Positions 1-12,143 of a stretch of 64,000 nt of DNA are shown piece after piece. A model generated the notes under the pieces. The model was not told the DNA's origin and did no database searches. It worked only from the letters and a program-made list of their open reading frames with translations. The stretch's first letter is position 1; each line of letters starts with the position of its first letter. The DNA comes from Heterodontus francisci (taxonomy: Eukaryota): positions 57,785,247 to 57,849,246 of the forward strand of contig NC_090392.1 of the NCBI RefSeq assembly GCF_036365525.1, given 5' to 3'. The translations under genes and the position numbers were made by a program.

Positions 1-2089
1 AGCATTGAGGGCTCCTTAAAGTCCAGCCCCATGTGTCAGCTTTATAAATGGCATAGGTCGCTCATATAAATATCGAATAAGGCTTTTGCCTGTTATGGAT
101 GGGAACAATGGCCACCCCCCCCCCCCCCCCCGTTGAGCTGTCCACTCCAAAATCGAATTGGGTGGACCTCGGGCAGCGAACAGGCAGTGAGAGTTTGTAA
201 AAATGTTCTTGCATCCTTCCCCATTTTTCAGTGTGAATAGAACAGCTAACAGATGTAAATCACCCCCATTGCATTCATAATAAGGATACACATCACAGTT
301 CTTCCTGCAGTGTTGCACCATATGTGGAAGAAAGTTGGAGGAATCTCTGTTAGACAGTGGTCAGATTTTACATTTTGTTGCATCATTAGCAATCCAATTA
401 TCTTTAAATTGTAAATGATGTTGCAGCAAGGCCTACTTAAAAGAAAAATCACATCTTGCATTTAAAGGGCCCCATTAACGTGTTGCAACTTCTCAAAACA
501 CTTCACACAATGATGCATAGTGACTATTGGTATTCAAGCAATATTATAGTATCCAATTTTCTAGCTAAATTAATGATACCAACTGGGTGATTTAAATTAA
601 ATCCAGTGGAGAACCACTTTGTCCAGGCTTCTGTGCAATGAGTTGAAATGGTCTTAGATGTTGGCACACAGCAGGGCAGTGGACTTCATCATTAACACAG
701 CCATTAGCCACAGTTGTCAGGAAAGCCAAGCAGAGCCTCCTCACGTGTCTGAAGTTCTGTACCATTTCTTTCCTAAAATCATCATCCCCTTGCTCTGCAG
801 TTGGGGGTGAAAGTGTCTTACAATTCTGCTCAACTTCATCAGGCTGCACTTTCACATTTGTATCCTTTGACTTTCTTTGTGCTATGTGTTTCTCTTCATG
901 ATGATTTCTCGTCAACATTATCCCTACCCCATTCAGAGGGTATCTCTGGGCTGTTGAACGCAAGGAAGGGTCAATAAAGGGGCAAATGAGCGCTTGCCAA
1001 TATTGCCAGAGGTAGCAGGGAGTGCAAGGCCTTGCTCATCAGCAGTCATCTCAGCAGTACCCTGGCCTGCAGTCTCTGGAGGGAAAAAGCTGGATTGCTA
1101 ACGATTGGTGTGCCTGAGTAACTTTCTATCCTAATCAGCTAACTTTTTTTGGATCTTTTATGAGGAAAGTGGTAACTGGTGAAGAGCTTGAAGAATACAC
1201 AAGAGTATTCAATATGAAAGAGTATTATCTCGCAAATCTACTGAAATCGCCATCCCCAACTCCCCAAGAATTGAAGGCCGTTCTTGCCAGTGCTTCTGCT
1301 TCATGTAGTGTTAAATTCTGGATAGTGGCACTTCCTGCTCCAATAGCCTGGCATTGTGTACTGTTTCCTTCAGGAGGAAGAGTATTAACTGCTTGCTGCA
1401 ATCTCCATAGCTTGCGGTTGCAATCAATCAGGATTCATTGAATGTATGGTAGATGTAAGGGAAATTGGATCTAGGATGACAAATGTCATTGTGCCAGCAT
1501 AGCATTCAGGATGTGAGATACTTAACAAGAGTCACCAAGTGACTCTGCTTCTGGGACAAGGAACATGGTGCAATGTGATGCTCCAAAGAGAAATGCTTGA
1601 TTGTTGTACTAGGGAACATCTATTAAGTCGATGTGGTTTATTTAACTGCACTCTTATTCAACTGAAAATGCTCTTACCTTTGCTGATCTAGTGATGGCAT
1701 TAACTACTTTTGACCTAGCAAAGGGATTCTTGGGGTTATGGAGGTTCTACTCACAGCCACAGCCACCTTCTTCCACATAGCCCATGCTGCTGCATGTGAT
1801 GGTTTCTACCCAGTACTCCAACAATTGCATTCCCCTGTTCTCTAATTTGAGCCGACTGTATTTTCACAGCATCCTCTACGTTGTTAGTACAGAAGTTTTG
1901 GACATGGTCTACCTCCTTTCTCCTCCCCAATGTATTTAGACCCTCTGCAGGTGGGACTTCCGACTTTGTCCAGCTATCATTATTGACATTAGGAAAACGA
2001 TGCTGACGATGGGGGTCTCAACGTCCAGAAAAAGCGACCCCAAGAACCCCGCGACGCCTCTTCTGTCAAAGGCCTGGCAAATCTAGTGC

Positions 2090-2752
2090 CAGTTAGGCAC
2101 TTAAGTGGACAGTGTGGCCCTTTGTTGGGATCAAGGACCCCGGCGACGGAAGTCCTACTTTCAGAGAGCTGCTGACCAATCAGAGGCCGGCAGCTCTTTC
2201 ACAGAGCAGCGCCATTGCGGAGGTAGTGCTGCTGCCAGTGGAGCACCTATCAAAAGCCCAGGAGTGGTGCTGGACCCAGATCACAGGTCATGGCGTGAGA
2301 GCTCTTGCAGGGAGGGGGTCATGGGGGAGGGCGCTGTGGGGGGGTCAGCAGCAAGGGCAGGAGGGTGGCTCACAACGGTCCCCCCCCCCCCCCCCCACTT
2401 CTGATGCTGGGTCCTGGGTCCCTCATTCAGGCACTGTGCCATTTAACAGAGGACACCCACCACCCGGAGCCGGGAAGCAGCTACATGCTTTCTCGTGCCT
2501 CGCTTGCTATGTGGAGATAGGGCCGCCCACTGCATGGCTTATTGCGGCGGAGGCGGGATGAGGCCTTTAATTGGGAATTAATTGCCCAGATACGGGCATC
2601 AATTAGTGGCGGGGTGGGAAGGCCGTTTGTCGGCCTTCCTGCTCTGGACTCAATTTTGGTGGTGGCGGGAACCCCCTCTCCCCCACCACCATCCCACCCG
2701 ATTTTATGCTCTCCCTGTCTCCAAACCCGCTGCAGGGGAGCGCATAAAATAG
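2090..2752 (-). mobile_element. Harbinger-type MITE fragment; reverse-complement relative of 21755-22330
   Basis: End ccaaacccgctgcaggggagcgcataaaat is the reverse complement of attttatgctgtctcctgcggcgggtttgg at ~21763. Shared internal ctgaccaatcagaggcc and ggatcaaggaccc blocks. Confidence 0.65.
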
Positions 2753-4002
2753 GGTGGGATTCTCATGGAGTCAGCTTCCTGCAGTTTCAGCAGATGTAGG
2801 TCTTATCTCACCAGACCTTAGCCACTGAATCAGGGACCCAAGAATTTCCAAGCCACAGTTCCTGTGGAACTGTTAGTTCTGCAGCCCGTACCCCCAGTTT
2901 TTACTCAGTAGACTGCTCAGTTTGGACTCAGGAGCTCACTATGTGGAAGATCATGCGTGCAGACAGAAGGCCCATTACTCATTAGCATGTTGGAGTATTT
3001 CTGGGGGTTGCCTTTGAACAATAGACCTTCAACTCAAAATTAATGAAAAACACTGATTCAGGAGCTAGTCAATTTTGACTGATCTCACTGTGGAAAAGAA
3101 AGACCCAGTGCATGGAGGAGATGAGTAAGAGAACTGATTGAGGATTCCAGATGCTTATACAGATTCTGAAGCTCCGTCAACATAAACACTTTTATCTCCT
3201 CAATCAACTCGCTTATTTATGTGCAAAATATTGAAACTACCTTGCTTCTATAGAGCAAGGCTGGAGCTATAAATCAGGCTTCAAATATTCAAGTCTACTC
3301 TGGTCCAAAACTAACAGTTTTACTGAATATTCTCAAAGAAAATGAAAGAAAAATTGATAGGGTTCTGGGCCTTTGAGATAACATGTTGATGAAGGTTACA
3401 GAAATATTACATAGCCAATAAAAGCAATTTAGAATGCTAAGAGAGACTAGAAATGCATAATGAGGAATAAATGGAATTTTAGGGGAGAGCACATCGGAGA
3501 AAGAATTGAAAAATTAACTGGCAGCCGAAGGCATTAACTTGTAGGCTAATTGAGAATGTGATTTAGCTTGACTATTAAGTTTTCACTTCTGTTTATTGTG
3601 GCATACTGTGACTGCTATGACAAAGCAGCCTAGAACAAATGGTAAAAGGAGTAGTTTTATGAAAATCTCAAAGAGCAGCTTTGGTGAGCTGGAACTTTCC
3701 CTTTCTCTGGATGCTGAACAAATAATTTTTACTAAATTGATGGTTATGAGATTAGACCAATTTTTTACACCACGTTGCCAATCATCCATTAGCGGAGAAA
3801 CCACAGTGAATGATCCAGTATTTGTTACTGTGGAAGGCAAGATAGAGGGTTAGTTAAAACGTGAGGCAAGAGCTGAGTGTTCAATTCAAATTCCTGTGGC
3901 ATTATTCATTATCGCCATTAATGAATGTTTTAGGGGAATCAGTTTCCATTTATTTTAAATTAAGTCAGTTCACTTCAGTGGACTGAAAATCACAGACAGC
4001 AT

Positions 4003-4580
4003 ATGAACATAGGAACAGGAATAGGCCATTCAGCCCCTCAGACCTATTGAACCATTTAATTAGAACATGCCTGAGCTGTACCTTAACTCCATTTATCCAC
4101 CTTTGATTCATATCCCTTGATACCTTTACCAAGTAAAAAACCTGTTGATCTCAGTCTTAAAATTTCAATCTACCCAGCATACACAGTCTTTTAGTGAGGG
4201 AGTTGCACATTTCTATAAACCTTTGAGTGAAAAAATGTTCCCTAATTTCATTCTGGAATGACTTAGTGCTAATTTTGAGCTCGTGTCCCCTTTTTTTTCA
4301 GAATTGCTCTACCTGATGAAATAAATTCTCTGTATCTAGTCTATTGAATCCTTTTATCAGTTTAAGTACCTCAATCTGATCATCCCAATGTTCTAAACTC
4401 AAGGGAATATAACACAAGCTCATGCAACCTGTCTTCATAATTTAACCCTTTTAGCCACAGTTCAATTTTGGTAAATTAGGACTGTACTCCTTCTAAGGCC
4501 AGGATATATTTCTTGAGGTACATTGCTCAAAACTGAACATAATACTTCAGATGGGGTTTTATTGAGGCTCTGTACAGCTC
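4003..4580 (-). mobile_element. CR1 LINE 3' fragment
   Basis: Starts with the reverse complement of the CR1 tail (gaacataggaacaggaataggccattcagcccctc), then degenerate ORF2 end. Confidence 0.75.
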
Positions 4581-5269
4581 TTTATTGTAAATAAAAGTAT
4601 TTATAAAAGTAGATCAGTGAGACCTTTAATTAACTTGAAAATCTGCCTTTGAAAGCCCAGCCTCTATTTGGCACAGGAAGATGCAGTAATTAAATCTTGT
4701 GATCTTAACGTAACACACTAAGTTACAGGCAGATGTACTTTAGCAGTAGAAGAATGCATTATACCGTGTAATGGTACTGTGGTTGTCAAACAATGTAGAG
4801 ATGAAATTCGTGAAAATCACCATGGGCAGTAGTGAAGAATAGGAGATAGCAAATTAGTAGCCGGTTTTACACACTGCCCAATTTTCTTTTATATTGACTT
4901 CAGTGTGTAAATCAAACTGCCAGTTTGCTTCCATCCGAGATAAATTTTACACCCTAGATCCCTACACTGAGAAGTTCCATGAAGTACTTGCAAAAATGCA
5001 AATGACGGAGAGGCAGATCGTGCTGCAACAGGGCAACAGACAGTATCTGCCATTAGTTAAACCTACCCTGCACCCTTTGGCTCACAATATTCTGCTCACT
5101 AGATTGAGCTGATAATAGCACAACATGTGAAACAGGGCCTTTGGGGCCTGAGCCGTCAGGGCAAGCAAAATTCTTTCCGTAAACTTCGCCCAGGATTTTA
5201 CACACAACTGAATCCTCTCATTTCTGTTTTGGAGATAACTCAACAACATTGATTTAAATATTCAGAGTT

Positions 5270-5861
5270 TGGGTAAAATTATTTCACGAGTAAAAAAATT
5301 AAAATTGCAATCAGATTGAAAGAATGAGAAATAAACAGTGGAAGGGCCAAGAAAGAAGTTTAAATTCAAGTGGGTGATTTCAATGTCAAATCAAGTACAG
5401 AAAGCGAAATAAGGAGGGAAAGAGAGATTGGATTAAGAAAGAGAGAGAAGAAAGATAGAAAGGAAAATTAAAATGATTTACATTATATTTTTAAAATATT
5501 CTACAATTAATGCCCAAAGGAATGAGCCTCCACACTTGTAATAGTTAATTTTCACTGCAAGAGATTGACTGCCAGCAATTAAGAATTATCATGATGCTAA
5601 AACTGTACCTACGCTTGAAAAGCCATGACTTTCTGTGGGGAGTTTAATTCATGTCTACGGTATAAATACAGAAACTTCACGCCATTCAGTGCAATACAAT
5701 GGTAAGGCAGACAGCGAGGTGATGTTTCTGCAAAGCTAAAGACGGAGCAGCACATTTGGATATTCGCATTTAACCGTGCATCTGCTCCTGGCCTGAAGTT
5801 GCTGTACCATTTACGCATATATAGCAACGAACACTATTACTTTGACAACAAAATCTGGCCC
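5270..5861. mobile_element. Non-autonomous DNA element (MITE-like); related split copy at ~11320-11795 + 19140-19200
   Basis: Ends in aaaatctggccc. Internal block tggatattcgcatttaaccgtgcat..gaagttgctgt recurs at 19141-19190. Confidence 0.45.
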
Positions 5862-6259
5862 AATGTCAAACTTTCTTTATCACCATCTGAGTGTTTGCTT
5901 GAATCCAGTTTCACTCTTCATAATCTAAATAAGGAGTTTGAGAGAGCATTAGTATTAGAGACCTCAGTAAAAACCTGCTCAATAATGCAGCAAGAGCATA
6001 AATCTCCAAATTTGACTAATTATCTCAACTTGGCAAAGTTTCCTGGCTCAACTGAAACTCACTACCTGAATGTCTGGTGGAAGCAGAAATCGGTTTTATC
6101 AAAACGCAAAATATAAACTAATCTCCCACACAGTGTCCATCACTGTTAGTGCACCAAAGAAAATGTTTAAACCTTGTGTTAACATGGTTAGTTCTCTTCC
6201 AAATATATTTTGTATCAGATTCAGAACTGAGAATAAACTACAACCTTTATACTTTTATG

Positions 6260-6675
6260 CTATGTTGGCTCCCAATCCAGCAATGCCTTGATGTTAATAT
6301 TCTTGTCCTTGTTCTGAAATCCCTCCATGGCTTCATCTTTCCCTCTCTCTGTAACTTCCTTAAGCCTCCAAGATCTCTGCATTCCTCCAATTCTGGCCAT
6401 TTGCACATGTCTGATTTTGATCATTCCACCATTGGCAGCCGGGCCTTCAGCTGTCCTGGCCCTATGCTTTGGAATTCCCTGCTTAAAACTCTCTGCCTGT
6501 CTATCTCTCTCTCCTCCTTGAAGATGCTCCATAAAACTTACCAATGTGACTGAGATTTTGGTCTCCTGTCCTAGTATTACCTTCTTTAGTTAATTTTTGT
6601 CTGATTATGTTCCTGTGAAGTGCCTGGGGACATTTTACTACATTAAAGCCACTATATATACGCAAGTTGTTGTTC
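6260..6675 (+). mobile_element. L2 LINE 3' end
   Basis: Encodes WLPIQQCLDVNILVLVLKSLHG..RSLHSS..IGSRAFSCPGPMLWNSL (L2 ORF2 C-terminus). Tail gtgaagtgcctggggac..ctatatatacgcaagttgttgtt. Confidence 0.8.
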
Positions 6676-6702
6676 TTTATATGTCGATTCTTGTCTCTTC
6701 AG

Positions 6703-6855
6703 GCTTTTGGTATGAATATCTCAAATGACCAGCTTGCCTCTCTGAAGCGCATCACACTTGGCTTCAATGATGAGGAAGTAAAGAAGTATTTCACTAAACC
6801 TGATATTGACACTATTGGTGCAATCTCAGAATACAAGGAATGGGTCGACAATGAG
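6703..6855 (+). CDS. OTOA: Otoancorin-like GPI-anchored protein, internal coding exon (first seen in window)
   Basis: Acceptor ttgtctcttcAG, donor GAG/gtgagg, 153 bp, phase 0-0. Encodes AFGMNISNDQLASLKRITLGFNDEEVKKYFTKPDIDTIGAISEYKEWVDNE, resembling recalled human OTOA SLGRIALALNESEL..SIDTVASLSWQTEW. Symbol denotes family membership; may be a paralogue. Confidence 0.85.
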
Positions 6856-7644
6856 GTGAGGATGTGCTGTTGATTTACCATTTATATCACCTGAAAAACC
6901 ATTTCTTTGGAAGTGTTTTATTTCAGGCAAAGGCCATAGTTGGAACTGTTTTCAATTGGCCCTGAATTACATTCTGACTTTCAAGGAGTTTCCATAAGGA
7001 AGAATATGAGAGTAATGAACCTATTTAGAACAAGTAACTTTATTTTTTTGCTTGGTTACAAACAATGGGTTACATGATGTTCATTATTGTTCAACAAGAA
7101 TGACTGACCAATGACACTGCTGATGAGATTAGCTAGATTTTTATCTTCTTCGCTTGGGTGGTAATATTGTCCACCCATAACAGAACCTGCCTGACGTTCA
7201 TTTCATTCATTTCACTGATAGAATGTAGAAATTGGTGGGATCTACAAAAGATGAGCCAGACAAAGATATACCCCATAGAGTTTAGCTCGCTTTTGAAGGA
7301 TGGTAACCAGGTGAAGCTGGTTTAGGGGGAAAATTCCAGCGATCACAGGTGTAGTGACTAAAAATATCAACCTCCAATGGTCAAGCAAAGGGAACAAAGC
7401 AATGATCCACAGTTAGAGGAGTGAAGGGTGTTGAGTGAAGGGTAACATATGGCAAGTCTTGTCATACCTCTCGTGCAAAATGGTGCCTTCATTATTCTGA
7501 TTGTTCTATTTGCAATTCATACCTTCTGAAGATGAATTCTCAAAGATAAACATATATACATTTGTTGTGATTAATTTACAGTTGTATAATTACGTTCTTG
7601 CTTGCATGGATTGATGATTTACAGAGATTTTCTTTCCTTTAAAG

Positions 7645-7793
7645 AATAACACAGAAGCCAAGATCATTGTGCAGAATTTTTTGGGTGATCGAACAGACAG
7701 TATGCTCAGTAGCACAGATCTGGTTGCCATGGGCTATTTCCTTTGTACCCGTAGTCCAGATCAGATCAAGAACATTAATGCGACAGCCTACAG
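7645..7793 (+). CDS. OTOA: Otoancorin-like protein, coding exon
   Basis: Acceptor tctttcctttaaAG, donor AG/gtaaaa, 149 bp, phase 0-2. Encodes NNTEAKIIVQNFLGDRTDSMLSSTDLVAMGYFLCTRSPDQIKNINATAY (cf. OTOA AESILQGYL..HLVGLGATLC). Not in the ORF track. Confidence 0.85.
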
Positions 7794-8760
7794 GTAAAAG
7801 CAACTCAATAGTCATTTTTGCTTTGGTCTTTTAACTTCTACATATGACATAGAGATCTGGAAAAGGAAATATTATCCTCAAAACTGTCTCAGTCATGCTT
7901 ATTGGAACAGACTTCGAGGAAAGCAGTTGATACAGTATCAGGGAAGTGCTTCAAAAAATGACGGGTTTGAAGGTACTCCAGAAACTTGCAGCTGTTGTAC
8001 TGCTTGCAGTAGTGCAGAGAATTGATCTCATCTGTAGAGGCCAGGGGAGAATTGGTGTAGGTTTTTGGGGTTCCATTTGTCAAATTAAAATGAAGTAAAG
8101 TTGACTATAGAAAAGTCCATTGAGTTTTTTTTTACAATTTTCTTTCCTTTTCCTCCCTTCTCTCTTGGCAATGCTGACTCTTAGTAGTGTCAAGTTCCAC
8201 AGCCTTAGCCTTCCAAGCAGCCATGCTTTATTGTGAGGCCAGACAGTGAGCTAGTCAACATCATAGTTGAGTATGTTCCAAATGTCCACAAACCACTTCC
8301 AGAAGAGGTCGCTGGAAAGAAATTGGACTGGGAATCAGGGCTGATTTTCTTTCTCATCTTCCCATCACTTGGACATACAGTTCACCGCAGCATGCTTACC
8401 TCCATCCTAGCTGAGACCAAATACCTTTAGCACTGACTGGGGAGCAAGGATGGAAAGTTACTGGTCTGTTTGGTGCATTTTACACACTGGAGGGTGCATT
8501 GCATTAAATATCTTCTACAGGGTTAAATAAATTGAGAAAATTCATGGTAATTCATGCAAAGTGAACAGAAATTGGTCACATTCATGAACCTCACTTCCCC
8601 ATCCCTGCAGTTGCACACCACTGTACTTGCGTGTCAGTGTTTTTATTTTTAGTGGCTTATGAGGATCAGATTTTACTTCGCTTCATCATTATAAATTTGT
8701 ACTAAGCATTGCTAAGACAATAACAAACGCTCACAGATTGCTTTGTTTTATATTCTGTAG

Positions 8761-8900
8761 CTCTGCTGCCAGGGATATTGGGAATAAGATGTGTCCTAAA
8801 ATAGAGACTTTAACTGCTTTGAAGGATAAAGCAGTAGCGGCATTTTCCAACGTGGGAGACTGGACTGGCGCAGAGTTACAAGAGATAGGAGTAGTAGCAG
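8761..8900 (+). CDS. OTOA: Otoancorin-like protein, coding exon
   Basis: Acceptor tattctgtAG, donor G/gtaaga, 140 bp, phase 2-1. Encodes SAARDIGNKMCPKIETLTALKDKAVAAFSNVGDWTGAELQEIGVVA (cf. OTOA [30 protein letters not shown]). Confidence 0.9.
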
Positions 8901-9485
8901 GTAAGAAATGCATGGAGGGTACAATCCAGAATGGACTATTTGTTCCAACAATTTCCTGTCATTGTCTACCCTGCAAACAAACAAATAATTCCAATCAGAT
9001 TTCCCGACCCGATCCTCATATCCCTTCAACTCTTTCAATCCGATTTATTCTTGAATGTTGGCAGTTTCTGCCTGTACCATAAACTGTGGGAGTGAATTCC
9101 ATATCCTCATTCCTGTTGTTCTTGACTCTTGAACTATTGGAAACAATAGGCCAAATCTTCCTGGATCACTGTGATAGAAATAGGGCATAAGAAGTTAAAA
9201 AAATGCACAGAGCACCAGGATTGATCAGGGGAGGAATTTAATAGAAGTGGCAGGAATGACTATCGTTCACAAAACAATCTTGCTAGAGAATTGGTCAAGA
9301 ATAGCACCCTACCACTCTCTCAGGTTTCTGTCTTGTATATACCCAAGAGCCATCATCACATGTACGGCAGAAACTAGACAAAGCTGTTGGTTGTACAGAA
9401 ACTGTTGAAAGTATTGAAACTGGACTTCTCTTTAATGGCTTGATCTATCCAATTATGAGCAATCTTATGTGGGTTTTTTTTACAG

Positions 9486-9583
9486 CTGGACTCAATGCAG
9501 AAGAAGTGCCCAAATTGATGACATCGGCAGTTTCGTTTTTGACACCAGCAGCTGTCTCCAGGTTCCCTCCCAGTGTCTTTTCG
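9486..9583 (+). CDS. OTOA: Otoancorin-like protein, coding exon with probable GC donor
   Basis: Acceptor ttttttttacAG, 98 bp, phase 1-0. Encodes (A)GLNAEEVPKLMTSAVSFLTPAAVSRFPPSVFS, followed by G/gcaagt. An in-frame AGA/gtaact donor lies 12 nt further on (exon end 9595). Confidence 0.85.
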
Positions 9584-10820
9584 GCAAGTGTCAGAGTAAC
9601 TCTGTAATATACTATATGGGAAACTGGATTATTGGAAGGAATCAAACTAGAACAGCAGATGCTAGGGAACATGTGACAGTGCTTTAATGCAATAAAAATG
9701 GAGATTTCCAGTATCCACAGTATTTTGCTTTTATTTTAGTGCTTTAACACAGTTGAGGGATATTATTGATTTTTATTGTACTCGAAAACATCTTGGAGTC
9801 CATTTGACATTTTGGTGAAGCACACCGGTCGGCTGGCTATTCCAGTGGCAAAATGGTTCCTTCGCCCCCAGCAATTTTGAGGCCCCTCCCTCATTTAAAT
9901 CTGCCAGACGAGCTGTGGAGCAGCAAACAGGCGTCCCAGTGTCAGATTGAGGCCTCAAGATCAGGTTGGGACAGTCAGCTACAAGTTAAGTTGCAAGGGC
10001 AAGGGTCATGATTGCAGAGCGTGAGGCTGCAACACTCTTCGGTTCCATCGTTCATGGAACTGATTGGAGCTTGCATTGTACAGATGCCTGTTCCAACTGA
10101 AAATGACAAAGGGAACCTATTTACCTCATAGAATGGAATAAAGAAAATGGGGTAAGATGTTTAATGGACCGCTAATTTACTACTGCCCATTATGCTCCCC
10201 TCCCAAAGAGAAATTTTACCCCCTTTATCTTATTGATGAATAATGAAATAATGAGTTGCCCAGTAAGATTATTATATCACAATTGTGCCTGCCACTATAC
10301 AATGTTTGGTGTCTTAGAACGGAACCTTAAATAACTCTATAATATAGGAGACACCCTCAGTCCCCATCCAAACAATCAAGGTTCTGCTGTAGTAATAAAA
10401 AAATCTACTTGAATAATTTGTGGAGCAACAGATGTTAGGGCAGGCCTCTTAACATGCATGCAGTCCTTTCCAGCCAATATTCTTCTATGCATTGCACCCA
10501 AGTCAATCTAATGCACCCAGGTGCAGGAACAGGGAAACCTGTCCCATTGTTTGTCTTTGGTCATCAAGATGGCAGATCTACATAGGCTTTTCCATAAATG
10601 GGCAATGACTGAAAGCTCCCTAATAAAGTGCAAAATAGGCCTGTGAATTTGTTGGCACTTACATGTTGCTTTGGTAATCCTTTGCGACACTTCTGTTTAA
10701 AATGGGGACACTTCATTGAAGGCTTTTGTTCAAATCATCTGTGGGAGCATCTAAATGGATTTCAGATGCAATTGCTGTTCTTAATCAGCTGACAGAAATT
10801 TCTCTTTCCCATTATATTAG

Positions 10821-10962
10821 GCTATGAATATTGAGCAACTGAGAAATTTGGGACCACAAAACTATGGCGCTGTAACGGAAGCACAGAAAGAAGCATTGTC
10901 AAAGGAAAAGCTTGAAGCCTTGAATGAAAATGCAGGATATGCACGAGTCCGTAATGGTGCAG
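10821..10962 (+). CDS. OTOA: Otoancorin-like protein, penultimate coding exon
   Basis: Acceptor ttcccattatattAG, donor G/gtaagc, 142 bp, phase 0-1. Encodes AMNIEQLRNLGPQNYGAVTEAQKEALSKEKLEALNENAGYARVRNGA (cf. OTOA [27 protein letters not shown]). Confidence 0.9.
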
Positions 10963-11049
10963 GTAAGCAGCAGCTTTATAAACCAATCTCAGTGACAAAG
11001 TTTGTAAGATACTGTTGTATGCTGAATGGGAAGAGTTGATGCTTCTTCA

Positions 11050-11165
11050 GAACATAGGAACAGGAGTAGGCCATTTAGCCCTTGAGTCAGTTCTGCCATT
11101 CAAAGGGATGATGACTGATCTGTGCCCTAACTCAACATACCTGCCTTTGCCCTGTATCACAAAAA
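11050..11165 (-). mobile_element. CR1 3' tail fragment
   Basis: gaacataggaacaggagtaggccatttagccc, the reverse complement of the CR1 tail. Confidence 0.7.
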
Positions 11166-12143
11166 CCCTTGTTTCTTCCTAGTAGCACTGCTATGAATTG
11201 TACAATGCTCAAACTTTGGGCTGACTCATTGGTTGAGTACTTCAACTTGTACTAGTTAGTAAAATAGAGTCAAACAAAGCAAGTGTGGATTTTCCAATGT
11301 TAATTTGATTCTGCTGCCAACTATAAGGGATTTCTGGCGTTCTGCAGCAGTGATATCATCAAACAGGCTAAGCAATCAACCACATTGAAGAATTCTCACA
11401 GACAGCAAACCCGGAAATAAAATGCACTGATTATCCTTCACCTTTTAATCATTTTACAGAAAGCAAAATATAGATTGGGATATACATAGAGGATTAAGGT
11501 AGAAATTAAAATTTCATAAAATTTTTTGTAATTATTACATTAGAAACTTACAGAATTTTTTTTATCCCAATGGAGAAATTTGACATTCCGCAAATATAAA
11601 ATTTGTTTTTCAGTGCTAGAGAGGCTGTTCAGCTGTAATTATGGCTTAGTACACTATTTAAAACACTGTTACACCTCATTCAATAAGGCATAACTTTTGG
11701 GTTTTTTTTACTCTGGGTATAGAGTGTAAAAAGTGGAATTTCACCTCAAAATTTGAGCACCCTGTGGAGGAACAGGGAATCACTCGCAGCAACGTATAGC
11801 GTCATAGAGTCATTACAGCACAGAAGGAGGCCACTTGGCCCATTGAGTCCATGCCGGCTCTAGTAGAGCAATTCAGTCAGTCTCATTCCCCCGCTCTATC
11901 CCTGTAGCCCTGCAAGTTTATTTCCCTCAAGTGCTCACCCAATTCCCTATTGAAATCATTAATCATTGCTGCTTCCAGAACGCTCACAGGTAGTGAGTTC
12001 TGGGTCATTACCGCTCACTGCATAAAAAAGTTCTTCCTCACTTCCCCCAGCATCTTTTGCCCAAAACCTAAAATCTGTGTCCTTGTACCATCAGCTAATG
12101 GGAACAGCTTTTCTTTGTCTACCTTATCTAAACGTGTCATAAC

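Noticed and set aside
1-6700. Additional upstream OTOA-like exons (e.g. ORFs 1160-1441 and 3596-3853)
   Set aside because: No convincing splice-site pair or family similarity by eye; upstream exons probably lie outside the window, though a short exon could have been missed.
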